A stretch of 26,093 nt of DNA from Ginkgo biloba. Lineage: Eukaryota > Plantae > Ginkgophyta. The notes below the pieces were generated by a model. That model saw only the letters and a list, made by a program, of their open reading frames with translations, made no database searches and was not told where the DNA came from. Position numbers and translations under genes: made by a program. The DNA is taken from positions 142,462,087 to 142,488,179 of the forward strand of contig JANKJI020000002.1 of NCBI GenBank assembly GCA_024626585.2. The letters run 5' to 3'. Each line of letters opens with the position of its first letter. Within the stretch, counting starts at the first letter, position 1. This document shows, piece after piece, positions 22,480 through 26,093 of the stretch.

Positions 22480-23840
22480 ATTAGACCACCACAATCACCC
22501 CTTGTCCCTTGCAATGAGATCCCTAACAATGTCCATTAAAGTGAGAGTTTTTGGTGTTGTACGAATCAATTTGGAAATGTCACACCATTGTTCTAACACA
22601 TATGCTTCTTCTTTTAGGTGTCCATTTTGTCTGTGCACTCGTTGATCGCAAGGTGTAGGGCACAGAAAACAAGGCAACTACTTCCTATTAAAGTTTAATG
22701 ATTTCTTCTTTTGAATCCTCTGCAACTGGATTTTTTCATTTTACAATTGTAAAGCTACAAGTTCTTATTGCAACTGCTCTATTCTAGATAAAGGGCAAGT
22801 GTGAGATAATTACTTCTATGCATGTGTCCCTCTTCTAAAAGTTGATTCTTGAATGTCATCATGAGGTCTCGTACTAACCAATATCTTGTCATTGGGTGTA
22901 GTCATACGATTTTGTGAATGTATGTAACAACCCTTATAGAAAGATTTCTAATAGACATAGAAGAGATGGAACATCTCCTGATTGTAATATATTGATTAAT
23001 ATTTGCACTTGTCTATTAAATTCTACTACAAACTTACCTAGATGCTCACTAAGATCCTCCATAGCCTAAATGATTGTTAGTGGATCTCACAATTGTTGAA
23101 AGCGATAAAAGAAATATTTTTGCATTTCTTACAATATGGAATTGTTTGTGCTAATATATTCCTACCATACAATGGCATTGCCCCATAGAGTGCTAAAGAA
23201 ATAAAATTTGATTTCCCCTTCATTCATTATGCCCTTCATTTCCAAGATACTCTCGAACAAAGCTAAGTGATCAATCAATTCATCGATACCATCATAGTAT
23301 AGCCTGGTGAAGTCATGGTTGTTTTACACCAAAAAGTACAGTGATTGATTACCTTCTCCATTATTGTTGTCGTTATTGCCATTTTCACCATAACATTACC
23401 TTGGCCTTAGCCATTAATGTCATTATTTTGGTTATAGGTACCAAAGTTATTGGAGGCATACCCTTGTGGATAAGCAATGGCATCAAAGAGTGTGTTTCAT
23501 TGCACCACGAATGGTGTAATCAGGTGGTTTACTATGAAAGCCAACATAAATTAGAGCTCTAACTAGGGTGTCAAAGTCATTCCCATTACTATTTTGCCTA
23601 TCACTCTCCTCCAATGATATGCAACCNNNNNNNNNNNNNNNNNNNNNNNNNNNNNNNNNNNNNNNNNNNNNNNNNNNNNNNNNNNNNNNNNNNNNNNNNN
23701 NNNNNNNNNNNNNNNNNNNNCCTTCATAGACTTTCCTCGATACCAAGGTTGGTTGGTCATCCTACCTCTTGGAGTTATAATTTGGGATTCCTTGAGTAAT
23801 TTTGCCAAGTTAGAATTTGCCATGCTACTACTCGTGCCAT
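22480..23840 (-). pseudogene. Ty3/gypsy gag (retrotransposon gag domain plus knuckle-like remnants)
   Basis: DGIDELIDHLALFESI..FFSTLWGNAIVW..EMQKYFFYRF..GKFVVEFNRQ (~23000-23300); RQNGHLKEE and WCDI motifs at ~22550-22650. Confidence 0.75.
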
Positions 23841-24099
23841 TATTGGTTGTTACGTTTCACCCTTGCTAGTGTGTCATGTAGAGACTAGTTTATTAGGCAT
23901 ACTTGAATTATTAACTTTCTCTTATCTTTCCCTCCCTTCGATTCTTGAATCAACACTAGGTTTTAAGGTTCCTTATGCGGCATTTGAAGACTCCTAGCTC
24001 CCTTGTTTTTTTTGCAAAGACCTTGCCATAACCACAATAGCCAAAGCTACAAGATCTTTGGTCAATGTAATAAACTTAGACCCCATCACTTTCTACTAA

Positions 24100-24900
24100 A
24101 GTGACCCTTATGTTGATTAAATGGGGCTCCTACACATGGAGCCCATGATTAGCAACAAGTTACTTGCAAACACATTAATAATACATGCATTAATTACCCG
24201 TAAACCATTAACTCATAAGCACAAAGGAGACAATACATCCATGTGTGATACAATCCTCGTTTATTACTTATGATTTATCATGCACAACGTTATATGCACA
24301 GAATAAGCATCTTATGCCTATGCCCATATATTTGTTCTTGGCTCTCACACCTAATCCCAACTTTCCCTCTCCTATTTATGACTTATTCTCTCTCATAAAT
24401 TCCAAATGACACATCTCACAACACAACCCCAAGCATCTCTTTATTAATCATAACATTAGATACACCTTAACCCTAATTATAACTCTATTAAATGCATCCT
24501 TCACAGATTCTACCATGTTAGCCGGTTGACGTCACGTTACCCATAGTGTCATAATTAGTACATTTAATGNNNNNNNNNNNNNNNTAACATCATCAAATAT
24601 ACAATCTATAGTTGATGCATCTTATCTATCGTAATTATGGCAACCTCATCAATTGTATGACATGCAATTAATATGCCAACTCTATCATAATTACATTGAT
24701 GTCATCTACTATATGATCTCCTAACATCGTCTAATCATAATTGTTGCCAGATGCCATTAAGTGCATCATAAAAGTTTATCTCACGTGTCCTAGTTGATGT
24801 TGCCATATGTGACAAATGCATCATACTACTAATGTCATGCACAATAATCATCCTCCAATGGTCACCTACCAATTGTCTAAAATATCATGCTAACACCTTA
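24100..24900 (-). mobile_element. Probable 5' LTR of the gag-INT gypsy element (boundaries uncertain)
   Basis: Lies upstream of gag. Minus-strand ATAAATAGGAGAGGG TATA-like motif at ~24365-24379; repeated tctatcataatt-like motifs at ~24550-24745 (U3-like). No clean TG..CA ends or PBS recognised. Confidence 0.45.
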
Positions 24901-26093
24901 TAAGTTCAACTTAGGCAACAAAACCAAATGTTTGCTAAAGTGTGGTTAGGTTAATTAGCTAATCTATGTTAGATGCCATTTAAAGAATTTAGCAAGCATT
25001 CATGTTCTCACATGCTCTCGTTATGCTATGTACAAATTCAAACACAAACAAAAATTATGCATCAATGGAGACTCTTAGCACATAGTGTATGTAACAAATG
25101 TAACTCTCACCATTACATTGCCCCTCCCCTCAGTGCGTGCACACACACAATGGAATACAATGTTTAGTGGTTAGGTTAATTTTCACTGATTGTTTAAAAG
25201 ATCATTCATATGCCCCAATCAACAACCTATCATACAATGAGGAGGATGAGATATAATAAAACAATGAAACCTTTCATCCCATGAGTCACTACTTTTCAAC
25301 ATAAACATGGTCGTTCATAATTATTATCAAATTGTTTTGTTATGACCAAATCTCTTTTGGGCTAATTATTTAATTCTAGCTTGCAATGGTTTCTTCTAGG
25401 TTACAACTGGCATACCCAGACTCCTACGGCTTGTTGCCTGTTATTGCTTGCTCAAAGTTGGCTTGTATCTCCAACAATCGGTGCTCATATTGCCACAACC
25501 GACTATATATTACATAGCAACCAATTGTATATTATGAAATTGTTAATTGTATACACCTGCAACCAATTAGATAGGATATGGAAATCAATTGTATACTAGC
25601 CTTTTTATTCAAAACCACTGTTATTTCATGATTTATTATGCATGTACATGTTGAACCAACAATGAGGAATAGAATTCTCTTATAACTTTGATTGGTTTAA
25701 TTACAATAACAATAATAATAATGATAACAAGAAACAGGACCACAAGTGAGTCAATTTGCACTAGGCCAAGATATTGTTGTGGATGATTGTTACTAGATGA
25801 ATAGATGTTTTTATGGTTATTTCATAGTAACATCTACTATATTTCTTTGATTAAATAACTCTAGTTATGATTCTATATTTGCTTGCACTTGGTAACTCAT
25901 TGGAATTGTTACATATAATTTAGGTCATGTTGCTTAGTTGCTTAAGTCTTTCTAAACTTTGGGCAAGTACAAACATAGCATACAACTTTGCTACACTTTC
26001 AAATTTGTAATAAGACATCAACTTAGTAGATACCAAGAAATAAAGGTAATCTAGGAAATTTTCAATTATGCACAAAAAACATTGATCATTGAG

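Noticed and set aside
24078-24102. Possible primer-binding site
   Set aside because: Minus-strand TAGTAGAAAGTGATGGGG could not be matched confidently to a tRNA 3' end.
25704-25730. (AAT/AAC)n microsatellite
   Set aside because: Short and ordinary in AT-rich DNA.
1-26093. CRISPR array, rRNA/tRNA genes, prokaryotic operons or endogenous virus
   Set aside because: No repeat-spacer periodicity or RNA gene motifs were seen. All RT/RH segments sit with gypsy integrase or LINE motifs, not with caulimoviral movement or capsid genes.

Overview
Eukaryotic, AT-rich, heavily deaminated plant genomic DNA from a gappy draft assembly (many N runs). It is probably gymnosperm, inferred from a Tat Ty3/gypsy element with PR-aRH-RT-RH-INT order. 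The window is almost entirely nested, decayed retrotransposons. (1) A minus-strand chromovirus end: split integrase, chromodomain, PPT and 3' LTR with a 349-bp duplication, ~1-3240. (2) A minus-strand TatII-like gag-pol with an extra RNase H and an apparently duplicated PR-aRH-RT block, ~5368-12850. (3) A 5'-truncated minus-strand L1 ORF2, ~13650-16540. (4) A plus-strand L1 5' half with DUF4283/CCHC ORF1 and a probable ORF2 start, ~17920-19774. (5) A minus-strand gypsy derivative in which gag joins integrase with no visible PR/RT/RH, ~21420-24900. (6) Two diverged direct copies of an LTR-like sequence, 3381-4642 and 17649-21063, the second interrupted by the L1. The only apparently intact host coding sequence is a Q-rich, EAF1-like exon at ~16547-17556, wedged between the L1 5' truncation point and the LTR-like repeat. 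I found no rRNA, tRNA, CRISPR or clearly new biological system. The best leads are this conserved exon with a possibly LINE-derived splice acceptor, a possible gene capture between LTR-like repeats, and the gag-INT-only element. All calls come from manual reading and translation; coordinates of decayed domains are approximate.
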